Below are positions 53,067 to 62,521 of a DNA stretch of 64,000 bases, one piece after another (positions within the stretch are counted from its first letter, which is position 1; every line of letters begins with the position of its first letter). This stretch comes from a virus. Lineage: Duplodnaviria; Caudoviricetes. The position numbers and the translations under genes were made by a program. The stretch is from the IMG/VR virus record IMGVR_UViG_3300042402_003952; one strand, given 5' to 3'. The notes beneath the pieces are model-generated. The model had not been told where the DNA came from, ran no database searches, and saw only the letters and a program-made list of their open reading frames with translations.

Positions 53067-54347
53067 ATGTCAGGAAGTAAGGAAGCAGCAACAGCAAATC
53101 TATTTGAAATAATTTCTAACTCTGGTGGATCATCTTTTGACGTAAGATCTGGTTCTCCAAGAATTGAGTACCGCGAGAGTATGATTGATGATACGATCAG
53201 ACTTTCTGTTGCGATTGTTGATACTGGACAATCTGGATTTTCTGCTGCAGAAGCATTGAAACTTCAAGGTGGAGAGAAAGTCAAATTTAAATATACTGAT
53301 GGTTCTGGAAACTCTTTAGACTTTTCTAATGGAGAATGGTTGCGTTTATCTCATAAAACTTTTGAAGTTAGATCTTTCAAATCTTCTAGTTTTATAGCGC
53401 AGATTGTAGCAAAAGAATTTTTAGATAATAAACTTTCGAAAAATAATGTTTTAAGATGTTATAAAGGAAAAATATCAGAGGCTGTTGAAAGTATTTTAAA
53501 GTATGATTTAAAAACTGATAAAAATTTATATATTAGTGAAACTGTAAACACTATTTCTGATTGGGGATTAAGATTAAAACCATACGAAGTTATATTAGAA
53601 CTTCAGCAAATTTCAATTCCAACGGTCAAAGGATCAAATGGAAAAACAGCAGGATTTTTCTTCTGGCAAACTGCAAAGGGATTTCATTTTAAGTCTGCTG
53701 ATGAAATCTTTAATGGAAAACCAACTAAGAAATACATTTACAACTTTAAAGTAGACGATCAAATGCCAGTAGGTTATACTAATAAACTATTAGATTTCAA
53801 AGCAAAAAGAGTTATTGATGTGGAAAAGCAACTTGATTATGGTACATATAGTACTGTTTCTGAATCTTTTAATCCAGCATCTCAAGAATATAAAAAAGAT
53901 TCTCCTTTGGTCGCTGATGTTGATTCTAAAATTTGGTCAGGAAAAGAACCACCAAATTATGGCGAATATTTTCAAAAACCATCTTCATATTTTGCAATGC
54001 CTGAATCAATAGGAAATGCATATGTAAATCCATCTGAAATAAATAACTTGCTTGAAAAATCAAAAGATCAAAACTTTAATGTAATGCAAACAATTCCGCA
54101 GGCAACGCAGAATTATAGGCAAAGATTGAACTTTATGTATGAGGCTATAATACCGGGAGACTTTAGTTTGCACGCAGGTGATATTATTCAGTGTGATGTT
54201 CCTGAATTGTCTGATAAAACTACGCCAGTAAGAAGTCCCAAAGATAGTGGTATATATATGATATTAGAGTTATGTCATTACATATCTCCAACACAAACTT
54301 ACACTGGATTAGTTTTAGTTAAAGATTCTTTTGGTGTAAAAGTTTAA
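53067..54347 (+). CDS. baseplate hub-like structural protein
   Basis: 426-aa ORF in the tail cluster; FFFWQTAKGFHFKS, IPGDFSLHAGD, SGIYMILELCH. Confidence 0.55.
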   Translation: MSGSKEAATANLFEIISNSGGSSFDVRSGSPRIEYRESMIDDTIRLSVAIVDTGQSGFSAAEALKLQGGEKVKFKYTDGSGNSLDFSNGEWLRLSHKTFEVRSFKSSSFIAQIVAKEFLDNKLSKNNVLRCYKGKISEAVESILKYDLKTDKNLYISETVNTISDWGLRLKPYEVILELQQISIPTVKGSNGKTAGFFFWQTAKGFHFKSADEIFNGKPTKKYIYNFKVDDQMPVGYTNKLLDFKAKRVIDVEKQLDYGTYSTVSESFNPASQEYKKDSPLVADVDSKIWSGKEPPNYGEYFQKPSSYFAMPESIGNAYVNPSEINNLLEKSKDQNFNVMQTIPQATQNYRQRLNFMYEAIIPGDFSLHAGDIIQCDVPELSDKTTPVRSPKDSGIYMILELCHYISPTQTYTGLVLVKDSFGVKV

Positions 54348-54358
54348 GGTAAACAACT

Positions 54359-54574
54359 ATGGAAAAATCACTCCAGCAACACATTAATGACGATCGTGAT
54401 GAACTTGATAATCCAAATACAGGTAGTCAGCGCCGCCGTCATTTAGAAGATGAACTTGGTGCATTAGAGCAATATCAAGTAAATCATCCAGACGATGATC
54501 ACGATCCGACATCATTAGAACTATATTGCGATACGCATCCAGATGCTCTTGAATGTAGAGTCTACGAAGATTAA
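54359..54574 (+). CDS. cp12: Calvin-cycle inhibitor CP12
   Basis: C-terminal LELYCDTHPDALECRVYED CP12 motif. Confidence 0.9.
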   Translation: MEKSLQQHINDDRDELDNPNTGSQRRRHLEDELGALEQYQVNHPDDDHDPTSLELYCDTHPDALECRVYED

Positions 54575-54576
54575 TA

Positions 54577-56904
54577 ATGACAAATTATTTGTATGAAAAT
54601 TATAGTTCCCAATCAATATTCATTGGTATTGGACAAATATCGGAAAAAACTTACAAAGATTTTGTTCCGAAAAACCAAGGGGATGAAAAGGGTAAGGAAC
54701 CTAAAGGATGGTCTTCAAGATATCCAGTCCGTCTTTGTTTTAGGATGGATCCAAAAGAAAAAGATGAATTAGTTGCTTTATATGAAGGATCTTTTCCTTC
54801 GGGTCATGCTGGCATACAAATTTCGTTTCCACTTGCACCGAATACTTTTGTAAATGTTTTTTGTAAAGCTTATAATGATCCAGCTGGACAACTTAAACCA
54901 ATTCCTGGAGCATATTTCATTGGAAGTGTAATTGGAAATACTCTATGTGCATTTTCTGATAGTAAAAATGCAGCTGAAGGGTGTGCTCCAAAATCTGGAT
55001 TTATACCTGGCATTGGAGCACTTGGTTCGGTTCCTGCAAGTCACATATCAAAGGATGGTAAAGTAGCAAATGAAGCAGGTGCAGGAGCACCTTGTAAAAT
55101 ATCTCAGGCAGATGAAGATCTTCAGAAGTTAAATGAATATATTAATGTTCCGTCTGCTTGTAAACCATTTGATTCAAATGCAATTAATAATTCTCTAAAG
55201 AATTTAAAGAAAGATATTGAAGGTTTAAGGAGTCAATTAAGTGGTCCTAATAGTGCTCTTTCAAATGCAGAGAATTTTTTAAATCAAGCAAAAGAAAAAA
55301 TAAGTGGAGTTGCTGATAAGATAACTGGATTTGTGAAATGGTTAATTAATTTTATTAAAGAAAAGGTGCAGAGAGGCGTAAACTTCATCACGAATAAAGC
55401 AAAAGCCGCATTATATCTGAATCAAAGATTTCAACTACAAGAAAAAAAATCTACTGCACTTGATCTAATTCTTTGTTTGTTTAATAAAATACTGGATAAT
55501 TTGAGTGGATTGGTAGATCAATTTTTAAACTCTATTATTAATCGTTATGTAAATATGGCAACCTGTGCCGTTGAAAAATTTCTTACAGAGTTGGTTGGAC
55601 AAATCATCGGACAAATATTATCTGCAGTAAATGGAATTCTAAATGCTGTTTTAGGAACGATTGCTGGAATCAAAGGATTGATCGATTCTGTTCTTGATGC
55701 AATTAGTTCCTTACTTGATTTTCTATCTTGTGATGTAAAAGCAGAATGTCCTGATGTCACTGAATGGAACTTTATTGAAGGTGCTGCTCCTCCAGCTAAA
55801 ATTCTAGATGTGAGTGGTATTATTAATTCAGCAAAGTCAATTATTTCCTCTGCAAAATCTATTGCAGATCCAAATAATTTCAAATTCAGTCTAGACATCA
55901 ATTCAATGATTGCTGGCGTTGGTGATTCTTGTAATGTCGGTCCTATTTTATGTGGTCCTCCAAAGATTTCTTTCTGGGGAGGCGGCGGATCAGGTGCAAC
56001 TGGAAACGCAGTTGTCAGTGCCGCAGGTGATATTCTTGGAATTGATATTACTTCAACGGGATTTGGATATACTAAAGCACCATTTGTAACTATTGAGGAT
56101 GCTTGTGGTAAAGGTAAAGGAGCACAAGCGGTTGCTGTCATAGGAAAGGTTCCTTATGTTCCACCTCCAGGAACTAGCACAGGTACTGCAACTGGTACTG
56201 CAACTGGTACTGGAACTGGTGGTGGAACTGGTACAGGCACTGGAACTGGAATTGGTCCAAAACCAGGAGATCTTGTGGATGGAATATCTAAAATTATTGT
56301 ACTTGATAGTGGTGGTGGATACTTATCTACTCCTGATGGAAGTCAAGGTGGTGATGGAAGAACTTGGGCTGATAGATGCCAATCCACCATTAGAAGAGCA
56401 GATGGAAATTGGGATTATCCATACAGTCCTGGTGAAGTTATGGACATTAAGGTTGGAGATCTTGTTCAACTTGCTGGAGAATCATCTTTCGTTGCCATTC
56501 AAGATGAAACAACGACAGCACCTCAGTGTCCACCAGAATCTCAACAAGGACAATATCCTTCAAACTCCGATGGAACTTATCCAGTAATTGTAGAGTTGAT
56601 TGATACTGAAATCGTAGATCCTGGATTTAACTATCAGGACGGAGATAAGATCGTGATTACTCCAGATAATGGAGCAATATTAACTCCGAAGTTTGGATAC
56701 AATGGACAGTTGATTGGTATTACTGTTGATAGAACTGGTCTTGGATTTAATGAGAACCCAGAAATTGGTATAGATAGTAATACTGGATATAATGCAGTTA
56801 TTAAGCCAGTGTTTAGAACAATAAAAGACCCCAAACTAATTACGGACAGAGATTCTGCAACATCTGTCTTACAAGTTGTTGATTGTGTTGGTAAACCATT
56901 ATGA
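54577..56904 (+). CDS. gp5-like baseplate hub / tail spike protein
   Basis: N-terminal OB-fold-like region (GWSSRYPVR...FIGSVIG), coiled-coil middle, Gly/Thr linker. Confidence 0.6.
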   Translation: MTNYLYENYSSQSIFIGIGQISEKTYKDFVPKNQGDEKGKEPKGWSSRYPVRLCFRMDPKEKDELVALYEGSFPSGHAGIQISFPLAPNTFVNVFCKAYNDPAGQLKPIPGAYFIGSVIGNTLCAFSDSKNAAEGCAPKSGFIPGIGALGSVPASHISKDGKVANEAGAGAPCKISQADEDLQKLNEYINVPSACKPFDSNAINNSLKNLKKDIEGLRSQLSGPNSALSNAENFLNQAKEKISGVADKITGFVKWLINFIKEKVQRGVNFITNKAKAALYLNQRFQLQEKKSTALDLILCLFNKILDNLSGLVDQFLNSIINRYVNMATCAVEKFLTELVGQIIGQILSAVNGILNAVLGTIAGIKGLIDSVLDAISSLLDFLSCDVKAECPDVTEWNFIEGAAPPAKILDVSGIINSAKSIISSAKSIADPNNFKFSLDINSMIAGVGDSCNVGPILCGPPKISFWGGGGSGATGNAVVSAAGDILGIDITSTGFGYTKAPFVTIEDACGKGKGAQAVAVIGKVPYVPPPGTSTGTATGTATGTGTGGGTGTGTGTGIGPKPGDLVDGISKIIVLDSGGGYLSTPDGSQGGDGRTWADRCQSTIRRADGNWDYPYSPGEVMDIKVGDLVQLAGESSFVAIQDETTTAPQCPPESQQGQYPSNSDGTYPVIVELIDTEIVDPGFNYQDGDKIVITPDNGAILTPKFGYNGQLIGITVDRTGLGFNENPEIGIDSNTGYNAVIKPVFRTIKDPKLITDRDSATSVLQVVDCVGKPL
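56170..56255 (+). repeat. ACTGG(T/A)-type degenerate hexamer repeats encoding a (GT)n linker
   Basis: GTSTGTATGTATGTGTGGGTGTGTGTG. Confidence 0.75.
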
Positions 56905-57515
56905 GTGATAATTTAAAAACTAGTTGGGATTATTCTCGCCTTGGTACAACTCAAGGCGAATTGAAGTTTGGTGATATTTCTTTAAATAAAACTAGTCTTG
57001 CTGCAATTCTCCGAAATAATAATCCAGGAAAAGCATCTGATCATTTTATGGGATTTGCCAGTTCTGGTAAATTCAATGGATCTACTTGGAATCAGTGTCC
57101 TTCAACATATCAAATTATTTGTGGAGATACTCCTGTTAATGGAGTTGCATTTGTAACTTATGCAAAGAATGGTGATGTTATTATTGGTGCTCCAAGTGGA
57201 AGAATCCGAATGTTTGCAAAGGATATTGATTTAATTGCAAGCGGAACCGATAATAAAACTGGATATGTTAATATTGTAACTAATCAAAATATAGAATTAA
57301 ATGCTGGAGCAGATATTAATGTCCAATCAAAAGCAAATATTAATATTGCTGCAGAAAAACAAGTTCAGGTTACATCTCCTGGAAACTTAAAAATCAGAGG
57401 TCCTGGAAATTGGTTGGAAGATTGCGACTTTGTATTTGGACCTATTAGCGGCGCAGTAACCCCACTGCAGTTTTTAGATGGTTTGAAGAAATTAATTGGT
57501 AGTTTAGGAGGATAA
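56901..57515 (+). CDS. gp5 C-terminal-like beta-helix protein
   Basis: Repeated I-x-I-x-A/S strands (NIELNAGADINVQSKANINIAAEK). Confidence 0.55.
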   Translation: MSDNLKTSWDYSRLGTTQGELKFGDISLNKTSLAAILRNNNPGKASDHFMGFASSGKFNGSTWNQCPSTYQIICGDTPVNGVAFVTYAKNGDVIIGAPSGRIRMFAKDIDLIASGTDNKTGYVNIVTNQNIELNAGADINVQSKANINIAAEKQVQVTSPGNLKIRGPGNWLEDCDFVFGPISGAVTPLQFLDGLKKLIGSLGG

Positions 57516-57516
57516 T

Positions 57517-58545
57517 ATGCCTGATTTAGGAAATCTTTTAGTAGGTGGTCAATTTCAAGTAACAGCAGGTCTTCCTGGTGGTGTTCCTGGACCACCTGCA
57601 ACTGCGTTAGGTGGCGGAGCAGGCACTCCTCCTGTAAACGGTAGTGCTTGGATTGAAGGTCCAATGTTGATTGGATCACCCATCTCATATCCATTACCAA
57701 GACCAGCAGCAACTTTGATGATTGGTAGAACTAAAAACTACCTGGCACCAGAGACATCTGGTTTACCTATCATAATGGTTACGAGTAGAGGATTTGCACC
57801 TACTCCAACGGACTTGTTGATTGGAGATCCAAGTGGACCTGTTGGATTGACTGCAACTCTTGCACCTAAAGTTACTATTAATGTTCTTGGTAAGACGACT
57901 TATACCGCAGTTAAAACAACTGGACTTGGAATTTTGTCTTGGGCTGGTAAAAAAATTACAATTGCAGCAAAAACATCTGTTACAGGAAAAACAACAGTTG
58001 GACCAAAGTTGACTGTTGCTGGTGTACTAAATGTCACTGGTGTAATTAAAAGTCCTACGATTGATTCACTCAAAGCAAAGATAGCAACTAAAAAAAGTAA
58101 ACCATTTGATATGGAACACCCAAATAAAAAAGGGTGGAGATTACGTCACGTTTGCATAGAAGGACCAGAAATTGCTGTTTATTGTAGAGGTAAAGTTCCT
58201 GAAGATGGTGTTATCAATCTTCCATCTTTTTGGGATGGTCTTGTAAATATTGAGGATATGTCCATCAGTTTGACACCTATTGGATGTTGGCAAGAACTCT
58301 TTGTTAAAGAAGTACTCTGGGGAAAGCAAGTTATTGTTCGCAATAATGCAGGTGGTCCTATTAATGCAGATTATTATATTGTAGCCCGCCGTCTTGATGA
58401 TGATTTGGTAGTTGAATATGAAGGAGAATCATATCAAGACTATCCAGGTGGTAATGAAGGATATTCCTTTGATTTTGAGAGTAATTATGTTGAGAGCTTA
58501 ATCAAAGAGACAGTTCGCAATCATATTGATAATAACTTGCAGTAA
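57517..58545 (+). CDS. tail spike-like protein with a C-terminal intramolecular-chaperone-like domain
   Basis: KPFDMEHPNKKGWRLRHVCIEGPE...LTPIG. Confidence 0.6.
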   Translation: MPDLGNLLVGGQFQVTAGLPGGVPGPPATALGGGAGTPPVNGSAWIEGPMLIGSPISYPLPRPAATLMIGRTKNYLAPETSGLPIIMVTSRGFAPTPTDLLIGDPSGPVGLTATLAPKVTINVLGKTTYTAVKTTGLGILSWAGKKITIAAKTSVTGKTTVGPKLTVAGVLNVTGVIKSPTIDSLKAKIATKKSKPFDMEHPNKKGWRLRHVCIEGPEIAVYCRGKVPEDGVINLPSFWDGLVNIEDMSISLTPIGCWQELFVKEVLWGKQVIVRNNAGGPINADYYIVARRLDDDLVVEYEGESYQDYPGGNEGYSFDFESNYVESLIKETVRNHIDNNLQ

Positions 58546-58571
58546 AATAAATATTCAAAAGTATTTTAAAG

Positions 58572-59930
58572 ATGGATCCGAGATATTATAGTGTTCTTAA
58601 TGATGATTTGAGAACAAAATTAGAGCAATCAAATTCTTCAATTGAAGATTCTTCGGAAACAATTATAGAATTGGATGGCAAAAAGGCACCATATGATGAT
58701 ATTATTATTTCTTTAGATAATGATATTTTAACTGAAGTAAATTCTGTTAATACCAAAATTATTGATGTAAGTAATGCTTATCAAGACCGAATTAATGTAG
58801 GTTGTAGGACAGATGTATTTTGGAGAAGAGTTGGTCTTGCAGGAACGGTTCATACTTTAGTTGCAACAAAACTTTCTCTTGCTGGATATGCAGGAACTTT
58901 AACTGATGTTGAGTATTTTGATGGTGTTGGGTTTGTAACATATGATAATTATGATACATTTGGATATACGACAGAGAATGCATATGGAATTAAATATTAT
59001 GATGAACCAGTAACACAGGATATCGGTAATACGTTTGTTACTAGTTTTATTGGAACAATCAGTCCAGGAGAAAATAAACTTACGGTTCTTTCTGTTGTTG
59101 GATCTTCATCAACAACTGGAATTGCAACAGGACAACTAGTAATTTCTTCAAAAGATGGAGTTATTCCTTCTTCATCAAATATTATTGGAATAGGGACGAC
59201 AGCATTATCAAGATCTGTTTTAGGAATTTCGACTGGCTCTATTGTTAGTATTTTGACATTAGATGCAACAGCAACTGGTATTGCATCCGCACCAGAATCT
59301 AATGGATCTTTTGTAACTTTTACAGTCTTAACTTCCATAACTGAATTTGGGTTTGACGATTATGAAATTCAATCTGATAAAGATCCATATTCACCACAAA
59401 CGATTGGTATTATGACCTCGGGTAATATTGCTATCGGTGTTTCTGTAAAATATGATAATTCTGGCAATGAACCAAATGTGATTTCTTGGGACCCTGATTT
59501 ATTTGATGATGAAGATCCGAGTACATTTGAACCAGAAGTTGGTGCAGGAGTTTATTACTTACCAGTCGGATTTACTTCATATCCAGTTTCATTGAGTGGA
59601 CAAAGAGTTGCTGTTGGTTTTGCAACAACAGTCACAGATGCACAATTACCTACTATTCTAACTCTCGCCACATCTTGCCCAACAGAGGAAACAAACTTGA
59701 CAAATGCTATTAACACACTAAATACTGCAAAGTCTGACATCTCTTCTGGTATTAGCACATTAAATTATAAAATTGATGTTGCTAATACTTTTAGAGAGCA
59801 GAGAAAAGAAATTCAATCTGAAATTTGGGGACTATCACAACAGATCGCATCATATCGTGCTGATATTATCACTTATAATAAAGCACTTAATTATCTTGGA
59901 GTATCAACCGTCACGGATACAGTACTATGA
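58572..59930 (+). CDS. structural protein (tail/baseplate associated)
   Basis: GIGTT/GISTG motifs; coiled-coil termini. Confidence 0.6.
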   Translation: MDPRYYSVLNDDLRTKLEQSNSSIEDSSETIIELDGKKAPYDDIIISLDNDILTEVNSVNTKIIDVSNAYQDRINVGCRTDVFWRRVGLAGTVHTLVATKLSLAGYAGTLTDVEYFDGVGFVTYDNYDTFGYTTENAYGIKYYDEPVTQDIGNTFVTSFIGTISPGENKLTVLSVVGSSSTTGIATGQLVISSKDGVIPSSSNIIGIGTTALSRSVLGISTGSIVSILTLDATATGIASAPESNGSFVTFTVLTSITEFGFDDYEIQSDKDPYSPQTIGIMTSGNIAIGVSVKYDNSGNEPNVISWDPDLFDDEDPSTFEPEVGAGVYYLPVGFTSYPVSLSGQRVAVGFATTVTDAQLPTILTLATSCPTEETNLTNAINTLNTAKSDISSGISTLNYKIDVANTFREQRKEIQSEIWGLSQQIASYRADIITYNKALNYLGVSTVTDTVL

Positions 59931-60259
59931 AAATTCAACATCCACTAGATAAAAATTATACACTTAATTATGTCTCACCTTTTGGAGATAAAAATTTAGT
60001 CTTCACTCAAGGAAGACTTACGAATCAAAAATACATTCAACTGCCTGAAGAATGGGAGAAAATCGTTGATCTTCATCATGTATCAGTTCATCTAACACCA
60101 ATTCGTGCCAATCAAAATTTATTTGTAAAAAGAATTGAAGGAACTAAAGTTCTTGTAGAGTCAAATGGTATGCCAATTGACTGCTATTACCTGGTGTTTG
60201 GTGAAAGAATTGATATTCCTCGCCTGGACACGGCACAGACACTTGACAGCGGCACCTGA
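59927..60259 (+). CDS. stand-alone paralog of the 57517..58545 C-terminal domain
   Basis: GRL...IQLPEEW..IVDLHHVSVHLTPI...DCYYLVFGERID aligns by eye with GKV...INLPSFW..LVNIEDMSISLTPI...NADYYIVARRLD. Confidence 0.6.
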   Translation: MKIQHPLDKNYTLNYVSPFGDKNLVFTQGRLTNQKYIQLPEEWEKIVDLHHVSVHLTPIRANQNLFVKRIEGTKVLVESNGMPIDCYYLVFGERIDIPRLDTAQTLDSGT

Positions 60260-60296
60260 CCGTGCTACTATACATAGGTAATCAACGGACGACCGA

Positions 60297-60479
60297 ATGA
60301 AAGACGAGTACCTGACACGATGCGTAGTTGATCCCGTAAAGCGTACAGTGTATCTGTATTCTAATGAAGGATCAGAGAAAGAAGTGTCCTGTGAAACCGT
60401 AGAGGAGTTTATGAGTGTGCTAGACTTTGTTCGTAATACACTTGATGAAAGCACTCTGTCTTATGCAAGTCCACTCTGA
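60297..60479 (+). CDS. conserved cyanophage hypothetical protein
   Basis: TTGACA promoter at ~60243; MKDEYLTRCVVDPVKRTVYLYSNEG. Confidence 0.65.
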   Translation: MKDEYLTRCVVDPVKRTVYLYSNEGSEKEVSCETVEEFMSVLDFVRNTLDESTLSYASPL

Positions 60480-60556
60480 AACCAAAATCGACCTTTAATT
60501 CCATTTAGGTCGAAAAAAATCTCCCGGTAAAATTCTCACACGATACTTTTTTCAAA

Positions 60557-60763
60557 ATGAATCCTTATCGCATTAACTATAAAGCACTGAAACAAGAACC
60601 AGTGAAAACAACACCAGAGAATGTGAAGGAGGCAAATGAAAACCTGTTTTGTGCTCGTTGGAATTTGCCAACTGCTGCAAAGCACTGTGGAATGAGTGAA
60701 AAGGAAATGCGCTTGACATTCTTTGAGTATCTGAAGTATAATGATGTAACTTACAAAGTGTAA
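60557..60763 (+). CDS. hypothetical protein
   Basis: 68-aa ORF; WNLPTAAKHCGMS. Confidence 0.65.
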   Translation: MNPYRINYKALKQEPVKTTPENVKEANENLFCARWNLPTAAKHCGMSEKEMRLTFFEYLKYNDVTYKV

Positions 60764-60771
60764 GTTTTTAT

Positions 60772-61053
60772 GGCGGTCTAGCCCAGCGGAAGAGGCAAAC
60801 GACTTTAACAATTTGAGCACCACAGTTGGAAACTCTGTGCGTGAATCCTATCAAATTCGGGGAAACCTGTGAAATGGCAATCCCGAGCCAAGCAAGAGAA
60901 ATCTTGAAGGTGTAGAGAGCAGTAGGTAGGAACCTAAATCCTTATGGATATGGTTAAGGGGTGCTCCAGACCACAAACAATCTTATGGTTGGTAGTGAAA
61001 ACTATAGTGGTAAGAAAATCGTTCAAGGGTGGGTTCGAATCCCACGACCGCTA
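60772..61053 (+). tRNA. trnL: tRNA-Leu(UAA) split by a group I intron (exons 60772-60805 and 61015-61053)
   Basis: Joined exons give acceptor GGCGGTC/GACCGCT, AACGA-CTTAAAA-TCGTT and GTGGG-TTCGAAT-CCCAC; short variable loop; A73. Confidence 0.9.
60806..61014 (+). mobile_element. group I intron (IC3, cyanobacterial trnL type), 209 nt
   Basis: P1 CTT/GAG; TCAAATTCGGGGAAACC, GGCAATCCCGAGCCAAG, GTAGAGAGCA / TGCTCC (P7), GGTAGTGAAAACT; terminal G at 61014. Confidence 0.9.
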
Positions 61054-61095
61054 TGAGGTTTATCCTCTAAATAAACAAAAGTAAAGGACTATTCT

Positions 61096-61365
61096 ATGAA
61101 ATACAGAATAGATGCCAGATACGTTTGGTACAATCGTGGGACTCAAATTATTCTCCTGTATTTTGTAAATCAAATTCCTTTTACTTTTGATGAACTCGAC
61201 GACGAATCTTTATTCGACTTGGAGTTAATCAAATTAGCAGACAACGAAAGACGCTTTGAACCAGAGGATTTGTACCAATCTTCCTATTATCTTATGTTAG
61301 AAGAATGTCATCCTTTGCTTTATGAGTTAGATCTGGAAAATCCAGAAATGTTGCCTGTTGATTAA
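61096..61365 (+). CDS. hypothetical protein
   Basis: AAGGA RBS; 89-aa acidic ORF. Confidence 0.7.
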   Translation: MKYRIDARYVWYNRGTQIILLYFVNQIPFTFDELDDESLFDLELIKLADNERRFEPEDLYQSSYYLMLEECHPLLYELDLENPEMLPVD

Positions 61366-61370
61366 TTTTT

Positions 61371-61443
61371 GCTCCTAAAGCATTTAGTGGCGATGTACCT
61401 GACTTGTAATCAGGAGAGGATGGTTCAATTCCGTCTGGGAGCT
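61371..61443 (+). tRNA. tRNA-Thr(UGU)
   Basis: CCTGA-CTTGTAA-TCAGG; acceptor GCTCCTA/TGGGAGC; U73. Confidence 0.9.
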
Positions 61444-61463
61444 TGAGTTCTATAAAACTCCAA

Positions 61464-61634
61464 ATGTCATTAATTTCACAAAAAGACAGAAAAGTTGCTG
61501 TTGAAGCACTTGATTTTTACCTATTCAATAAGGGCACAGACTTTTCTCAAGAGAAAAGAATGGAAGTAAATGCTCTCCTTAATTGGATCAAATTAGAGAT
61601 TGCTAAAAATGAAGATATCAATCTGGTACTGTGA
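61464..61634 (+). CDS. small hypothetical protein
   Basis: MSLISQKDRKVAVEALDFY... Confidence 0.6.
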   Translation: MSLISQKDRKVAVEALDFYLFNKGTDFSQEKRMEVNALLNWIKLEIAKNEDINLVL

Positions 61635-61782
61635 GTCTATGAATCAATGGAGGTGGACCCTCTGTGACTCCTCACGTCCTATTCGTAGGCAAGAATCTGG
61701 TCAAAGACCATTTATCCGTGATGCTATGGAAGACATTGCAAACACTATAGAATATATGTTAGAATGCAAACAAAGTGAGTAA
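61609..61782 (+). CDS. small hypothetical protein
   Basis: MKISIWYCESMNQWRWTL...QESGQ. Confidence 0.6.
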   Translation: MKISIWYCESMNQWRWTLCDSSRPIRRQESGQRPFIRDAMEDIANTIEYMLECKQSE

Positions 61783-61791
61783 AAATACTCA

Positions 61792-62445
61792 ATGAAATCA
61801 GATTTTTATATAGATAGAGTAGGTAAGGAAGAAATCAAAGAACTTCTTTATACCTACCATTATCTTAAAGACGAATCAAAGGACTTCAAATCGCATTATA
61901 ACTATGGCCTTTTCAGATCCTCGGTTTCTGATATTTTGCGCGTTGGTGGTTGCTTGGGCAGTTGTATCTTCACTGGTTTACCCGTCCCAGAAATAGCCGT
62001 AGGTGCTTTTGGATTAGAAAGAAATCAACAAGAAGGAATATACGAACTCTCAAGACTTTGTATACATCCAGAAGTCCAGAAAGAAGAGTATAATATCACA
62101 TCTTGGTTCGTCAGTCGTTGTATAAGGAGATTTAGAAAAGATGCCCGCGTTTCTTGTATTCTTAGCTACGCTGATGCTAATCACCACCTTGGAACTATAT
62201 ACAGAGCTTGCAATTTTACTTATCACGGTCTAACAGATAAGAAATCTGACTTTTGGATTAAGCAACCAAATGGATCATTTATCAAACACTCAAGAGGTCC
62301 TATCAAAGGATTAGAAGGTGAGTGGAGAGAAAGAAGTAGAAAACACAGATACTTGATGATATTTGATAAGGAACTAAAGAAAAAGTTGACATGGGAAGAG
62401 CAGAAGTGGTATAATAATCAAGACGATACTGAATCGTTACAGTGA
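61792..62445 (+). CDS. Mom-like DNA modification protein (GNAT fold)
   Basis: YHYL...YGLF...YELSRLC...SWFVSRC...ILSYAD...GTIYRACNFTYHG. Confidence 0.7.
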   Translation: MKSDFYIDRVGKEEIKELLYTYHYLKDESKDFKSHYNYGLFRSSVSDILRVGGCLGSCIFTGLPVPEIAVGAFGLERNQQEGIYELSRLCIHPEVQKEEYNITSWFVSRCIRRFRKDARVSCILSYADANHHLGTIYRACNFTYHGLTDKKSDFWIKQPNGSFIKHSRGPIKGLEGEWRERSRKHRYLMIFDKELKKKLTWEEQKWYNNQDDTESLQ

Positions 62446-62521
62446 CCCAAAAAGTGTGACTTGAGAACCTCCCTTGTGGAGGTTTTCTTGTATGATAAAT
62501 ACCTAAAAAGTATCTGAAAAG

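Noticed and set aside
56170-56255. Gly/Thr hexamer repeats as a diversity-generating or phase-variable element
   Set aside because: They are degenerate in-frame repeats typical of flexible linkers; no template repeat or reverse transcriptase is present in the window.
60772-61053. Reading the split tRNA as tRNA-Phe (CT|GAAAA), which would fit the short variable loop
   Set aside because: The intron would then end in A instead of the terminal G, and P1 (CTT/GAG) supports splicing after U34. tRNA-Leu(UAG) at 4423 shows this phage has short-loop Leu tRNAs.
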